From NCBI GenBank assembly GCA_963514005.1, contig OY740801.1:13516001-13580000 (forward strand): DNA of 64,000 nt, in the 5' to 3' direction. Origin of the DNA: Raja brachyura (lineage: Eukaryota). Each line of letters opens with the position of its first letter. Within the stretch, counting starts at the first letter, position 1. Shown piece by piece: positions 1 through 14,149 of this stretch. A model generated the notes under the pieces. It saw nothing but the letters and a program-made list of their open reading frames with translations, made no database searches and had not been told where the DNA came from. The translations under genes and the position numbers were made by a program.

Positions 1-377
1 CATTGTATGAACAATGCTTATCAGGTTAAGAGATTATCCTGGGAAGAACTCAAATTTTGTACTTCATATTCAATGCAATTTATCTTCTGTCCAATTAAAC
101 ATTATTTCTCTATTAATGTTTAAAAAATTAAATATTAATGTTTAATAAACATTAAATGAACAGGATAACTGCGAGTGCGCGTGCAAGTGCATGCACATGA
201 GTGCATGTGTATAACAATAGAGCAGAAAATAATACTAGGCGTTTTCTTGTTCTGGGGCGACAGAAAAGACAACGTGAAACTAATCTACGTTTCTTAATTG
301 TTCACTTTATGAGGGCATTATTTCATATGAAATCTACTCATCTGAATTCTATTCTACTTTCTCGCTGTGATAGTTAC

Positions 378-590
378 CTTCAGGATAATGTAACAGTCTG
401 CTTCGTAGAACTTCCCATGAAAAGCCTCGTCAATTTGAGTAGGAACAAAATTCTCTATGTGCCAAATCATGACCCCCGGGATATGACCAACATCTTCGGT
501 GAAGAACTCCGAATAATCGAGTGGAGGTTTCTCCAGACCCTGATCCCACCGCTTGGTGCTCAGGTCAGAGTACTTGACTTCTCCCATCTC
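378..590 (-). CDS. FLII: FLII exon 13 (start of gelsolin-like domain 1)
   Basis: [71 protein letters not shown]. Confidence 0.95.
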
Positions 591-1968
591 CTGTAAGGAA
601 AAGGGCAACAAATGGAACAAACTTTGAGATGATAGGCTTATCAGCATTTATTGTTTCAAACTGACTAACTGTACCAGTACTGAACATAATTAAAGGAACC
701 CTGTATTACCATCAATGATCTAAGAGAGCCGAGCTTCCTTTCATTCATCACAGGATTTAGAGTTAAAATTACAAATTCATCTCTTTGACCATAGTCAATC
801 GTTTTTCTCTGCTTTTCCCATTGATGTGTCTATGACAATAGGTGCAAACCAGTTCCTGAATTAAAAATCCTGATGCACTAGGGGATAATACTTGTCAAAT
901 AATTACATCCGTTCTAAGGAACTTGTTCTTGACAGTGGACTACTTTCACAGTATTCCTCTTCTGTGGGTCAGTCTAATAACTGGGCCCTTCCTGGAGTGG
1001 AGCTTCATTCCATACCCTTGGCACAAGAAGTCGAAGCTGACAGCTGAAGAGTGGTTTCCGAGGGCAGTAAATCCCAGAATTAGTAGACCCGGTTAACAAG
1101 CAATTTTGTTTTTTGTTTGGTTGCGAAAAGGGTTCTGCAAGAAACAACTTCTTGGTGAACATTAAGTCTTGATGCCCATTACGGAATCATAATGTTTTGT
1201 TGCATAGCACCTCCTTCCCCCCCCCCCCCCCCCCCCCCACCCCACACCATTTCCTTGTGGTCTTATTTAAATGTATTGATTCTTCTTGTGGCTTGTGCAT
1301 TCTCTATTTGTGCATGTACAATGCTGAATGCTGACATTTGTTCACAAGCGGGGAGAATATTAATCAAAGACGTGTGCTTTATTTGCTGGTTGTTCACAAT
1401 CATGCATAAAGAACCTGTTTCCATGACTCCATGCCTCTATCGGTGTGAGCATGTTGGGCTCCACGGCCTGTTTCCATGCTCTATGACTCTATGTCACTTT
1501 CTCGACTCAAACGATAGAGTTAATTTGCTGGGATGGGATTGGAAATACACGGCCTGAAGGACTGTGAAGTGGGAGCTGGAAGAAAGGATAAACCTAGAAT
1601 TTTCTTTGGCCAGCAAGGATATGCTATACTTTTCTAGGATCAGAGGATGAACTTGATTTTTTGTTTATCAACCTACTCATCCACATTGATGATCATACAG
1701 ACTCCCTTAATTTCCCTCTGTCCTTGTTGTTTAGGAATACTGTTGTTTATACAGTGCTGCAGTTTATAATAATCGGGAGATTGTTCATTGTAAAGGAACA
1801 TACGGAAACCTGCCAAATTATCAAGATAACCATCCTCCTTTGATTTTACTGTTTATATATCTACAAAAGCTTTAAATTGTTAGAAATGGGTCACACATTA
1901 GCAGTTATTCCTTCAAGAGATATCCACATTTATTCTGTTTATGTTTTCAATCAGAATCAAGTATTTAC

Positions 1969-2102
1969 CTCCATTTTTTTGTTCTTGTCCTGTGTTACAT
2001 CGCTCATTCCTTTCAGTACTTGTTTGGCCTGGTCATCCTGGGAGGAGTCCTTTCTTCTGCGGAGACGCATTTTACGAGCTATTGGATCCCGAGGAGTGAC
2101 CC
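1969..2102 (-). CDS. FLII: FLII exon 12
   Basis: [44 protein letters not shown]. Confidence 0.94.
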
Positions 2103-2929
2103 CTTTTTTCCAAAAGGGAAAATTAAATAAAAATTAAACCTATTTTTGTTTATACAAAGATGCAGAACCCAATTCACCCAAAGTGTGAGTATTGGTCAGG
2201 GATCAATATCAGCTAAAATTTAAACAGCTTGATCCCAGACTTGGCTTACAGAGTAAGTGCCTCAATGATATATTGAAAATCTTCTGATGCCCAGAAACAC
2301 TTCCAATGAAGACCAAAATATACTCGAGGAACAAAGCCTCATCTTCTGGCCACACTGCAGCCTTCTGAACTCAACATCAAACTCTTCGACTTCTGATAAC
2401 TTGTATCAGAACTGGCTATTTCTGACAGTGATTTTGTCACTTCTTTCTCTCCTTTAGTGCAGCCTAGCCTGTTGAGCATGCTTCACAGCCCCGCTAATAG
2501 CAACACAAAAAAAGCATACTCCGGGAAATTATAAAATAATGGATTTTGCAAATAATTTTTCTTCCAAACTTTGAGGTTGTAGTTACAACAGTCTGTAATC
2601 CGAGAGTGGCAAAATAACAGCATTCATTGTAAGATCAGAGAAGGTTTGAATTAGAACACAAGTAGATGCCTGATTTATTTTATTAAAGGAATAAGGATTT
2701 AATATGCTCACATTCTAACCTCATTGTGAACCATCTTGCTCTCTGCTTGTCATGATCCTGGCCGCTTCCCTGCCCGATGAAGTTTCTTTTTCACAGACCG
2801 TTTCTTTCACTGGCGTGAGAACTCACTTCTCATCATACTGACTAAACCCGTCACACTTTGGTGCTAAACACTCAAACAGGTTCTGGCCTTTTCCTGCCTC
2901 CGTTCTCCTGCCCCCCCACCCCCACTCAT

Positions 2930-3060
2930 TTCAATCTGAAGAAGGGATCCGACCCAAAACGTCACCCATCCTTTTTCTCCAGAGATGCTGCCTGACCCGC
3001 TGAGTTACTTCAGCACTTAGTGTCTATCTTCGATATTAATTACCATCTGCAGTTCCTTAC
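2930..3060 (+). mobile_element. Penelope-derived short element; hammerhead core damaged (GAAA>AAAA)
   Basis: ctgaagaagggatccgacccaaaacgtcacc...gatgctgcctgacccgctgagttac...atctgcagttcctt. Confidence 0.7.
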
Positions 3061-3225
3061 TCAAAACAGTGTTATTCTCCAGTTCACTCTGCAATGTCAC
3101 CACAAATTGGTTTGGTTAGATAACAAGGAAACATGCCATCTTATCAGCTAGATATTTCACCTTGATGGGATGGCATGAAATAAGTTCCACAAAGTGAATA
3201 AGCATTATGTCTCAGTTGTCTGTAC

Positions 3226-3373
3226 CTCCAGCAGCTGCTGCGACTGCAGCCGGTGATGCACCAGCCAATCTAAGCTGGTTCTGCAAGGAGAAGTCAATAT
3301 TGTAAAACTCTGCTGTTTGATCCACTGGTTTAGGGGGCATAATCAAATTAGGATTTTCCCGAACATCCAGAAC
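3226..3373 (-). CDS. FLII: FLII exon 11
   Basis: [49 protein letters not shown]. Confidence 0.95.
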
Positions 3374-4517
3374 CTAAAAGATTAGAATAAATTAAATTAA
3401 CTTCTAAGAATGAAAGGATAAATTACACAATATTGAAGATCTGAAATAAAAATAGACAGGAAGAAAAATTAACCCAGTTTTAATTTTCTGGGTTTTTTTC
3501 ATATTGATAAGGTGTTATGGTTTTACAGTGGGGTCATTTCTACGCAAATGCCCTTATCATACACACTGTAAATGGCTTGATTGTAATCATGTCGTCTTTC
3601 CGCTGATAACTGGTCAGCACACAAAAGCTTTTCACTGTACCTCGGTACACGTGACAATAAACTAAACAGACTGACTGAACTTCCACTCTAGTTATTACTA
3701 TTATCTACAGTGGTTTTGCACAATCATCAATATTTGGTACATCGGTTCAGTCTTTCAAAATATAACTTTTTAATTAACATCCATTCATCTCTTATTTCCT
3801 CCAAGTTAATTATAATTTTTGACTACCTGTTTACTTTCAAGCAATTCAATAATTCAAGAAATTATTCTGTGCTGAATTACTGATATCTGCTTCCATAAAC
3901 TTCAAAATGTTTGAGGTTCCCACGCAAACTGAGAAGATCCAATTTGCTTGCCTTTTTGTAGTGGGGTTTTCCAGACTGCTCAACAGAATCGGACTCTCGG
4001 GATTCCAGTGGCAATGTATGAAAGTGCTGCAAGTCTACAGCAGTTATGCTGGAGGATCTGACCACTAAACCTGCACTAGGATTAGGCCAAGTGCAGGAAT
4101 AGAAAACCAATTAATTTTAACGTAGAGGAACTACTGCAAAGGAGATGGGCATGTACAATATACTTTTCATTGTTTTAATTAATTGTGTTCAGTATTTATT
4201 GTCTTTAAGTATTCATTTTTGAAAAAAAATTACATTTAATAAACTTTAATTGATTTATTGAATTTTTAAAGTAGTTTCCCTGAACAATGGACTCTGACTT
4301 TTTTTTACTTAGAAGGAAAACAGTTACAACTCAAAACACTCCCGTTCATCTTGCCCACAAGCAAAATAATATTTTCCCAACTACACAAGCTCTGAAAATT
4401 GACCCACCCGAATTGCAAAAAAATGCGCATCATCACATGTACATAGCCTCTAATAACCATGTAGTACAGCATGGTATTCTACAAAACTGAATGAAAGTTG
4501 TGCTAGAATTAAGCTAC

Positions 4518-4602
4518 CTGTATATCTCCAAGAAAATGGATGGCTTCAGGCAGAGTGACCAGACGATTTTTAGTAAGAATCAGCTTCTTTAATTTTGCAC
4601 AT
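4518..4602 (-). CDS. FLII: FLII exon 10
   Basis: [28 protein letters not shown]. Confidence 0.94.
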
Positions 4603-5085
4603 CTGTAATTAGAAATCTATGTTAAAATTTTCACTTCTAAAGAGCAGAAAAAGTCTTACAATGGTTTATATTTTCTTCACAAGACAGGAGAGTCGTGGCG
4701 GCTCAATGTTCAACCTACACGTAACTAACCGTAAGCAAGCTGGGTATAGGTGGAAGATCATGATCAATCTTGACTACTCCAGATGAAGGTAGTGGGTAGG
4801 GGGCATTGGAGTTAAATGATGAAAGGAAGAGAATCAGTCATGACAGCCAACACTTACCTGATTACCAGACATGGGCTCCATGGGGCCACATTTGGCTGGT
4901 AAATCCTACAAACAACTAAGTTACACTGATCATTTCAGCTTCGACAAAAGAATCATTACCCTAGTGAAAGTACTGAAGCGTCATAGACATCATTTTCCTT
5001 CCTCCCCATATAAAATGATACCCCGGCACAATTTCTGCCTTGTGGACCCCAAAGGTAAATTAATTCAAAACATTAACATTCTTCA

Positions 5086-5418
<333 letters not shown>

Positions 5419-5880
5419 TTAATTTGCTCCAGTGCTTGTAAGCATTTAAATTTCACTTCCATCAGCCCTTTTCTGCACAGATAATAATCAAAACAGCAAA
5501 AGAAAAAGCTGAGTTTCATCACAAGAGGCTAGAAGCAGCAAGAACTAATGATGCTTCACATCAACAAACACCTTCCCTTTATCCCTATGCACAAAATAAG
5601 CTGTAGGTTTATATATTATTCTAAAAGTATGTGGGCTGAATTTATTGTAGAAAGGACATGCACATCAAATTCAATGAAACAGTATATGGTCTCCTAGCAC
5701 CGGGGAATTCAGAAAATGAGTGCATCATATTTTAATCCTTATTACCAGATGTTGGCACGTATGTTAACATTAGTTCAGTACCCATGTTCAAGTATAAAAG
5801 GTGACAAGATTGATTTTAATGTGCCAAGTTTCCTTAGTTTTCCAAACTATTGCCGATCACAAGATGAACGATGCTCATAC

Positions 5881-6014
5881 CTGCACACACTCTTTGGAAT
5901 CAGATCCAAGTTATCATTGGCTACCATAAATTCCTCTAGAATTGTCAGTTTCCCTATGCCCGATAAGATTCCATCAAAATCCTGCTTGTTCGTGTTCAAA
6001 TACAACAAACGTAG
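5881..6014 (-). other. FLII: Diverged tandem duplicate of FLII exon 9 (alternative exon or pseudo-exon)
   Basis: [44 protein letters not shown](R); 31/44 aa identical to exon 9, no stops or indels, same AG|gtatga donor; acceptor uncertain. Confidence 0.8.
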
Positions 6015-6394
6015 CTCATTTGAAAGATACAAAACTAAAAAAGAATCTCTTTCATTCTCCCAAGGATAGGATCAAACTTGAATAGTCAATATTTGATCCT
6101 CGAGAGGCATACTAAACCCACGAAAGGTGCAACGTAGATTGTGCCCATGACAGATAGTTTCTCCCAGGTGATTTACAGTAATGCTTCCAGCAACATTATC
6201 CAGTACCCCAGAATTATTGGCCTAGTAAAAAATACTCTTTGCTTTGTAAACCACTCAAATGAAGCTGTCATTAATAAAGTAGTGATAGAAACATAAAAAT
6301 AATCACATCTAAAACAATAACTGCCATTATCTTTCAAGTCGAGTTGCCATAACAATAGGCACAACCTATTTTTAAAATAATATTATTATCATAC

Positions 6395-6570
6395 AGGAAG
6401 TGAAGTGAGTTGGTTGCGGGAGAGGTTCAGCGTGTCCAGCTGCGTCCACTGATCGATGCAGAGTGAGAGCTCAGAGATCTGGTTGGTGCTGAGGTTCAGC
6501 CGCCGGAGAGACGAGAGGGTATACAAGCACTCAGGTACCCGGCTAAGATCATTGCATGACAAGTCCACAT
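6395..6570 (-). CDS. FLII: FLII exon 8
   Basis: (D)[58 protein letters not shown]. Confidence 0.95.
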
Positions 6571-7061
6571 CTGCAAAACAAATTGTAACACTTTTAAGAT
6601 TGGAGAAGTTTAAAACACATGTTTGATCATGCTCGAATAAGCAAGGCTACAGGTTAGGATGATTGCCAGGCACATAAAATTTAAATATATTAATTTAAAA
6701 CTAATCATCAATTCCACATCATAAGAAGAAAAAAACTATTGCAAGTTAGATACAGGTGACACTCATGTTACAGCCATTCAGATAACCAAAATTTACCCTT
6801 ATGGAATTCATAATTTGCAACCCAAAATAAAGCATAATTGAATCAAAAGTTTGAGATGTCGAATGAAATTCACTTTTGTAGAATTTATGTGAAAAAGAAA
6901 CACAATTTTTAATCAGCTAACATTTCTTTATAGAGGTATGGATATTGCGGTTTTCCATAATACAAAGCCACACCAAGGACCATTTACTGAGGAAAGAAAA
7001 CCTCTCACACCCACTGTAACGTGGGAGTCGACTGTACTCGTATATTACTGAGATGAGTCAA

Positions 7062-7347
7062 TACATGAGCTGCTATCACACAGCGCAGGAGATTCAGGTT
7101 CGACCCTGACCTCAGGTGCTGTCTGTGTGCAGTTTGCACGTTCTCCCAGTGACCACGAGGGTTTCCTCCGGGTGCTCCTGTTTGCTTTCACATCCCAAAG
7201 ATGTGCAGGTTTGTAGGTTAATTGCCCCAAGTGTATAGGGAGTGGATGTGGGATAATACAGAACTAGTGTGAACGACTGATCAATGGTCAACGTGGACAT
7301 CATGGGCCAAAGGACTGTTTCCATGGTGTCTTTTTCAATCAATCAAT
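7062..7347 (+). mobile_element. tRNA-derived V-domain SINE (HE1-like)
   Basis: B-box ggttcgaccc, V-domain gctgtctgtgtg..gtttgcacgttctccc..gggtttcctccgggtgctcc, short tandem tail. Confidence 0.8.
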
Positions 7348-7827
7348 ACAAAGAGCGAAAAAGGTTTCACTCAACAGAACTGAAACCAAGTAAGTGACAC
7401 TGACACAGACACAGATTCAGAAAGTAATTGGTACCCTATTAAAAGTGACTTGCAATCAAATAAAACAAATGATTAAATGGACAGCCTCAATTTCACAAAG
7501 CAAGTCTATCACACTTCCATCCAGGATTAGGATGAAGGTCAACCTCAAGCCACTCGGTAGAATTGCTGCTCAAAATGGCTTATATTAAGAACGTGCAACA
7601 TAAAAAACTGATGTAACACAGAGCCACACAAGGCAAGTGAGCAGAAATAGGTAAGAGACTGTTCTTAAGACTAGAGGGCTGTGTGATGGAGACATTGGAA
7701 TCATTGAGCTGTATAAAATTTTCAAAGGGGAAGGTAAGTGTAATGCAAGATTATGCAAACAAAGACATTTAGGGGAAGATGTCTTTTTTTAATGAACAGC
7801 TAGACTGAAATGTGCAGAAGCAGCTCA

Positions 7828-7977
<150 letters not shown>

Positions 7978-8400
7978 TTATACACCCTGCTGGAATTCAA
8001 TCAAACCTGCAGATTAAGCACAAAATTAAAGTAAACCCTGGTCAACTGTTCAGTGGTATAGAAAATGGAAATTGTTCTAAATTATCATCTCTATTATGAT
8101 GCTTCAGAATCAAAGTAATTTTGCAGCACAGAAACAAGCGATTCTATCCATTATGCCAGGATTTATTACCAATAACAATAACTGTTAGAACTTCTTACCA
8201 TTGTGGGTGGTGTAAACAAACTTGTTTGAAACTTTAGTGCTGTTCTTGCTTCATTGGCACAAAAAAAGCCTCATAACTACGGGAAAAGTAACTTTGTAGC
8301 TGAATGCCCCATGGTTCCAATCACTCTACGATAGCCATTCACTGACATGACAATTGCTCGTCAGCCAGAAGGACTAAACATTCTTATCAAAGCATTTAAC

Positions 8401-8837
8401 AATTGGGCCATTCTTTGGAAAGTGAACCAAAATGTCACACACGTGACCAGGTGGCATCACATAAAGTAATCCATGAAAACAATTATTGTAAGGGATTAAT
8501 CTAATTCATTGCTATTTTCCCACCTACAGAACTATAATGCAGGCCTGCTAAAGATATGAACATTATAGCCGTTTAAAATTCACAGAGTTTGTAAGATAAA
8601 ACGAAGTTATGAAAAAAAATTTCCGTGCGAGGTCACACATGTGACCAGTCATATTTGACCTCTGACCCTAAACAAACATTGTCAACATAACAAAACATTC
8701 ACTTGATAAACTTTAAAAAAAAAGAATCATATATACATTACAAAACAATATACCTGTAATGCTTTCAGAATTAGAAGAGATGTATCCCACAATTTTTCAT
8801 ATTGTTGGTCACACACGTGACTAAGACTGGGCCAATT
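8401..8837. mobile_element. Unclassified MITE-like element
   Basis: TIRs aattgggccattctt / aagactgggccaatt (13/15); three internal gtcacacaYgtgac motifs at 8434, 8632 and 8808. Confidence 0.55.
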
Positions 8838-8962
8838 TCTGAAAGTATTTTCACTTTTACATTGGTACCCATTCAAACACCTGACCCATTCGTCAGCTTC
8901 TGTTATTTTAATTTTTTATGACATGAAATTAAACAGAGAGACAAGCTTTTGGTTATCACTTA

Positions 8963-9193
<231 letters not shown>

Positions 9194-9279
9194 CTATCCA
9201 GGTTCTCCAGAGATGCTTCCTGACCGACCGAGTTACTCTAGTATTTTGTGCATTTCTTTGGTATAACCAGTATCTGCAG

Positions 9280-9450
9280 ATAGACTCATTTTCTGGAGAA
9301 ACTCAGCGGGTGCAGCAGTAACTATGGAGCGAAGGAAATGGGCAATGTTGCCTATTTCCTTCGCTCCATAGATGCTGCTGCACCCGCTGAGTTTCTCCAG
9401 CACTTTTGTCTACCTTTGATTTTTCAGCATCTGCAGTTCCTTCTTAAACA
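9280..9450. mobile_element. Penelope-pLTR-derived foldback mini-element
   Basis: Inverted arms 9293-9400; 12-bp TSD cagtatctgcag at 9268-9279 and 9451-9462; inserted in an older relative. Confidence 0.75.
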
Positions 9451-9915
9451 CAGTATCTGCAGTTCCTTGTTATATCATAATGATGTTATAGCACAACTCG
9501 CTGGGACATGTGTTTCACTCTTCATTGTATCTGTGAAGGGCAGTATCAAGCTAGAGCTAGAGGTTTTTCCTGCTATACATGTTGTCAGGGAAAGGTGTTA
9601 AGTGGTGGGAAGTTGGTTGGGCTTTGGAAGGGAGGGAGGGTTATGGAAATTACATTCGGGCGTATAACTACAAGAGCCAACTTCAAAACTATGAGCAAAA
9701 GCCAGCAAATAAGCACCTCAGTACTGGAGGTGTGAGCAAGGAGGTAATTTAGTCCAACAGTTCCACAGAACAAACTTATCTTCCACTCTCTATTCAATGA
9801 TTGCACAATTTCATGCACATAGAACAAATTCAAAAAAAGAAAAAAGAAAAAAGAAAACAGAAAAAAGTTTTTAAAAATCCCACAACCAATGCATTTACGG
9901 TGAGATTCATGCCTA

Positions 9916-10029
<114 letters not shown>

Positions 10030-11099
10030 TCAAGTACATTCTCAAAGCAGAAGAATGATCTTATTTGGATACATTATTTCCCAAAAACAGATATCCTTAT
10101 TTCCTTTTGAGATTGCAGTGCATTTGCACAGAACATCTTTTGAATGCTTGCCCACAGAATCTTTGATGCTAACAATTGTAGCATTAAAGGAGGTGAAAAG
10201 GATGGGATTGAAAATGACATACTGTTCTGTGACTATGATTTCCCGTTTGATAAATGCTGCTCGAAATATCTAAGCATATTGTAGATGGCACCGGTTGTAC
10301 AAGGGATTGGGCTTGATCCTGACCACATGTGTCGTTTACACGTTCTTTGTGTATTTGCATAGATTTCTGTCCTTGTAATATGAAAGACATGTGGGTAGAT
10401 TAATTGGTTACTACAAATTACTGCATACAATATGCAAATTGTAAAATAATCAATGAGAATGGAGGTTGATGTGCATGAGAGACCAGGTTGCAGATTTGCA
10501 GGGAAATAAGAGGAGAACTAGAATGTGTAGAATTGATCTACCAGAAGCCTTGATAAGTCAAATGGCCTCCTGAGTCATAATAAGTATGAAAGAGTTGCAG
10601 AATAAATCAATGTTTGGTTTGTTCACCTTTGAAGCAAATATTCACAATCGCACAGAAATGCTTGAGCAAGATTGAAATGTGCCAACAGTGGTAGCTGCCA
10701 ATCTCTGGTGCTGCGTTCCTTTGGAAAATGCCGAGCATAGGCCACGTGCTAAGGCAGATATGGGCAATACAAAATAATTGAAGCTGATACTGAACTAGAA
10801 AAGCCTGCCAATGCTCAAGGTCTTGACCTTGCCCACAGAAAACCATGGACTTCCTTCCCACCAACTTCTCCTGCCAATGACCATATTCTCCTATACAAAA
10901 TGACACTCATTGTGAATCTGATAGGTGAAAATTCCATGGGATTTGCAAAGCATCCAAAAAAAAATCAAGAACTGAGGCAGCAAGATGATACTGAAATATC
11001 CTCTATTTTTGTTAAATATTTGATGTCAAACAAATATAACGAGCAGAGAACTTTAAAACCACTCCTGAATGCTCTTCTAGCTTTACATATTTATTGTTA

Positions 11100-11261
<162 letters not shown>

Positions 11262-11740
11262 CTATGGAGAACACAAAGGATATTACAGACATTTACTGTT
11301 CCATGTCAGTAAAAAGTGGTTTTAATCAAATATCGAACACTAACATGTCAAGGTCTGAATAAATTACAAAAGTCTAAAAAGCTGTCTGAATTACAGATTA
11401 GATTATTTCATGAACAATATGTTATGCATACCGTCTAAATATAACTTAGTTACAGATACAAATTCTCAAGATTTCATGCTTGGAAGGTAGATCAGTATAT
11501 CTGAGCTTGGGATCACAAAATTGTAATGTCAAATGGTGATCCCAATAAAGAAGCATTAAGGATGTTCTGGAAAGTAGGGTCAGGAGCAGAAATGTTGAAG
11601 GAAGTGGCCATCATTAAGGGACTATGCAGTGAAAAATATCCACATTTTTAAAAACGTTGTTTTATCTTGAGTTTCTGCATCAAGAATAGCTGGAATTGGT
11701 TCCCACAGCCCTTTCTGAAATGACCTGTCTTATTACTCAC

Positions 11741-11812
11741 CCGCAAGCAAGGCAGACTAGAGAGCTCCCCATGAAGCGTTGTCAAACTGTTATGACTCAC
11801 TGATAAATGTTC
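11741..11812 (-). CDS. FLII: FLII exon 3
   Basis: EHLSVSHNSLTTLHGELSSLPCLR; tag/gtgagt. Confidence 0.95.
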
Positions 11813-12490
11813 CTACAATGAAACCAAAACCTTCGGGTTAGAGCAGAGTAAACCATTTCACATTTTTTTTGTAATTAATCAACACTTTAAAAAAAAAAAC
11901 TGGCACAAACGATGACCCTGCTTTGTAAACAACATGCAAAGGAAATAATCTATAGTTCTATAATTTACAGTAACCAAGATCCCAAATTCTAAATATGGTA
12001 GTGAACAATTTATTTTTGCCACTATTATTAGCCAATTTGCGGACAAGATCACAGTCCAACAAAATAAATAATTCTATCATAAGACAACTGCATCTCCTAA
12101 TAAGAGTGACTCTGGCCAGAGTTGACTTCCATGGAAGTCAATTCTTTTCTGGCCACTAAACATAGACAGAACCAAAAGGGTACCAGGTCATAAGAAGATT
12201 CACAATCAACATGGTCCTCACACCAATGCATAAACAGTTCCAAACTGAATGGTGATCAAGAGTAGACAGTCAGCTCATTTTCAACCATATTCGCTGATGG
12301 CAATAACAGTATAACAAAGTTTTTTCCTCCCTGCAGTTCACATACTGTGAGTTGGTTGAAATCTAAAATGGATGCCATTAATATTAATTAACCCTCAAAG
12401 GAGATATTGCTTGGCACTGAATTAAGGGGAGGGTGATACAAAAAACACTTGCATTTTGATTTGTTTTGTAATTTGAAAGAAACACTTTAC

Positions 12491-12601
12491 CAGTTTATGA
12501 AGAGATCCCAATTCCTCGGGTAAGTAGCAAAGTCCTGTTCGGTTCAGTTTCAGCCATCGCAAACTGGTCATACACTTAACATGTTCAGGAAAATAACCAC
12601 C
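12491..12601 (-). CDS. FLII: FLII exon 2
   Basis: [37 protein letters not shown]; AG/GT boundaries. Confidence 0.95.
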
Positions 12602-13286
12602 CTTTGCAAAAGAAAAAAACATTCAATTTTGCTTTGGAAACATGCCCTGGTCATGCATCTACATATTTCAAGCAGACGTCAATGTGGTTAAAATAACAAC
12701 ATCAACATAACCTCCACACAAGTTATACAATTATGAAAAATTCAAAGCTGTATTCAAAATCTCAAAGGCAGTGAGTGACCAAGAGTACAACACCTCAGTG
12801 ACATCATTTGAAAGCCAAGCATCAATTTTCACAGGTCCGCCCGCATTAACTAGTTCTACCATATCATCTTGTTCAATCTTCCACTGTCTCTAAATTGCAA
12901 GACTGCTCGTCTGGCATGAGACTTACAATTTAAACACTCAATGAGAAGTATGTTGAAGTTCCAACATAAGTGTAATCTTGGATATCTTAGCCATTACATC
13001 ACCACTAAAGTGTACATATTATGTATACTTGCCACTCTCCATAAAGCAGCTCACACATTCTCCCTCTCCAAACAAAAAAAAGTTATAATGCAAGATATAA
13101 AGCACCCACATTTTTGCACAGCTAGATCCCATTAACAATGATGTAAATTTCCAAAAATGGACACAGCGCTCAAATAACTCAGCGACTCAGGCAGCAACCC
13201 CTGGGGAACATGGATAGATGTTGTTTCAGGCCGGAACCCTTCTTCTGACTGATCACGGTTCTGACTAGAAACAGCACAACCATGAT

Positions 13287-13600
13287 TTTAGTTTACTTTA
13301 CAGATCCAGGGCGAACACAGGCCCTTCGGCCCACCGGGTCTGCGCCGATCAGCAATCCCCGCATATTAACACTATCCTACACCCACTAGGGGCAATGTTT
13401 ACATTTACCAAGCCAATTAACCTACAATCCTAAACGTCTTTGGAGTGTGGAAGGAAACCGAAGATCTCAGGGAAAACCCACGCAGGTCAGGGGGAGAACG
13501 TACAAACTCCATACACACAGCACCCGTAGTCAGGATCAAACCCGGGTGTCCGGCGCTGCATTCGCTGTAATGCAGCAACTATACCGCTGCGCCACCATGA
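13287..13600 (-). mobile_element. tRNA-derived V-domain SINE
   Basis: Minus strand: tggtggcgcagcggta A-box, gggtttgatcc B-box, V-domain, gggcctgtgttcgccctg tail. Confidence 0.82.
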
Positions 13601-13648
13601 TCTCCAGGAATGCTGCCGGACCCACTCAGTTACTCCAGCACTAGGTAA

Positions 13649-13885
13649 AGGGTCTGTCCCACTTTCACGACCTAATTCGCAACCTCTGGCGAGTTTGCCC
13701 TTGACTCATACTCGCAGCATGGTCATCATGAGGTCATAGGAAGTCGTAGATAGATCGTAGCAGGCTGTGATGCTAGTCGTAGGTACTCGTGGCATCAAGA
13801 AGTTCGGGCGTTTTTTCGAGCCTGATGAAAAATGTCCACGAGTAAAAAGGGTCATGAATTAGGTCGTGAGAGTTGGACAGGCCCT
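13649..13885. mobile_element. PIF/Harbinger-type MITE
   Basis: ~30-bp TIRs agggtctgtcccactttcacgacctaattc / gaattaggtcgtgagagttggacaggccct; TAA TSD on both sides. Confidence 0.75.
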
Positions 13886-14084
13886 TAATGTGGGGGGGTG
13901 GGGGGGACACGACGACGACAGAACATGTCCTTAATAATTTCTATTGATTCACTATACAATGCATCATCACTTGGTTTGGCAACTTCTCTGCCAAGATCTC
14001 AGGAAATGGCAGAGTTATGGTTGCAGCTCAGTCTATCAAACAAACCACCCAACCGTGCACTTGACACTGGATAGGTAAAGCAGC

Positions 14085-14149
14085 GGCCCCATTGCAGAAG
14101 TGTCCACGTCGCGGGGCTGGAAACTGGAAGTACCCTGAGCTAATTCTGC
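14085..14149 (+). ncRNA. HDV/CPEB3-like self-cleaving ribozyme fold
   Basis: GGCCCC AUU GCAGAA GUG UCCACGU CGC GGGGCU GG ...(P4)... GCUAA UUCUGC: 6-bp P1 with G1.U, 6-bp P2, P3, CC/GG P1.1, putative catalytic C at 14140. Confidence 0.72.

Noticed and set aside
201-596. 131-aa plus-strand ORF (similarly 4871..5278, 24743..25175 and 60460..60774)
   Set aside because: Antisense shadows of real FLII, TOP3A or H3.3 exons; no independent evidence of coding.
7062-7130. tRNA genes at A/B-box motifs (also ~13530-13600, 18120, 37380, 58410)
   Set aside because: These are SINE heads followed by a V-domain and LINE-like tails; no full cloverleaf.
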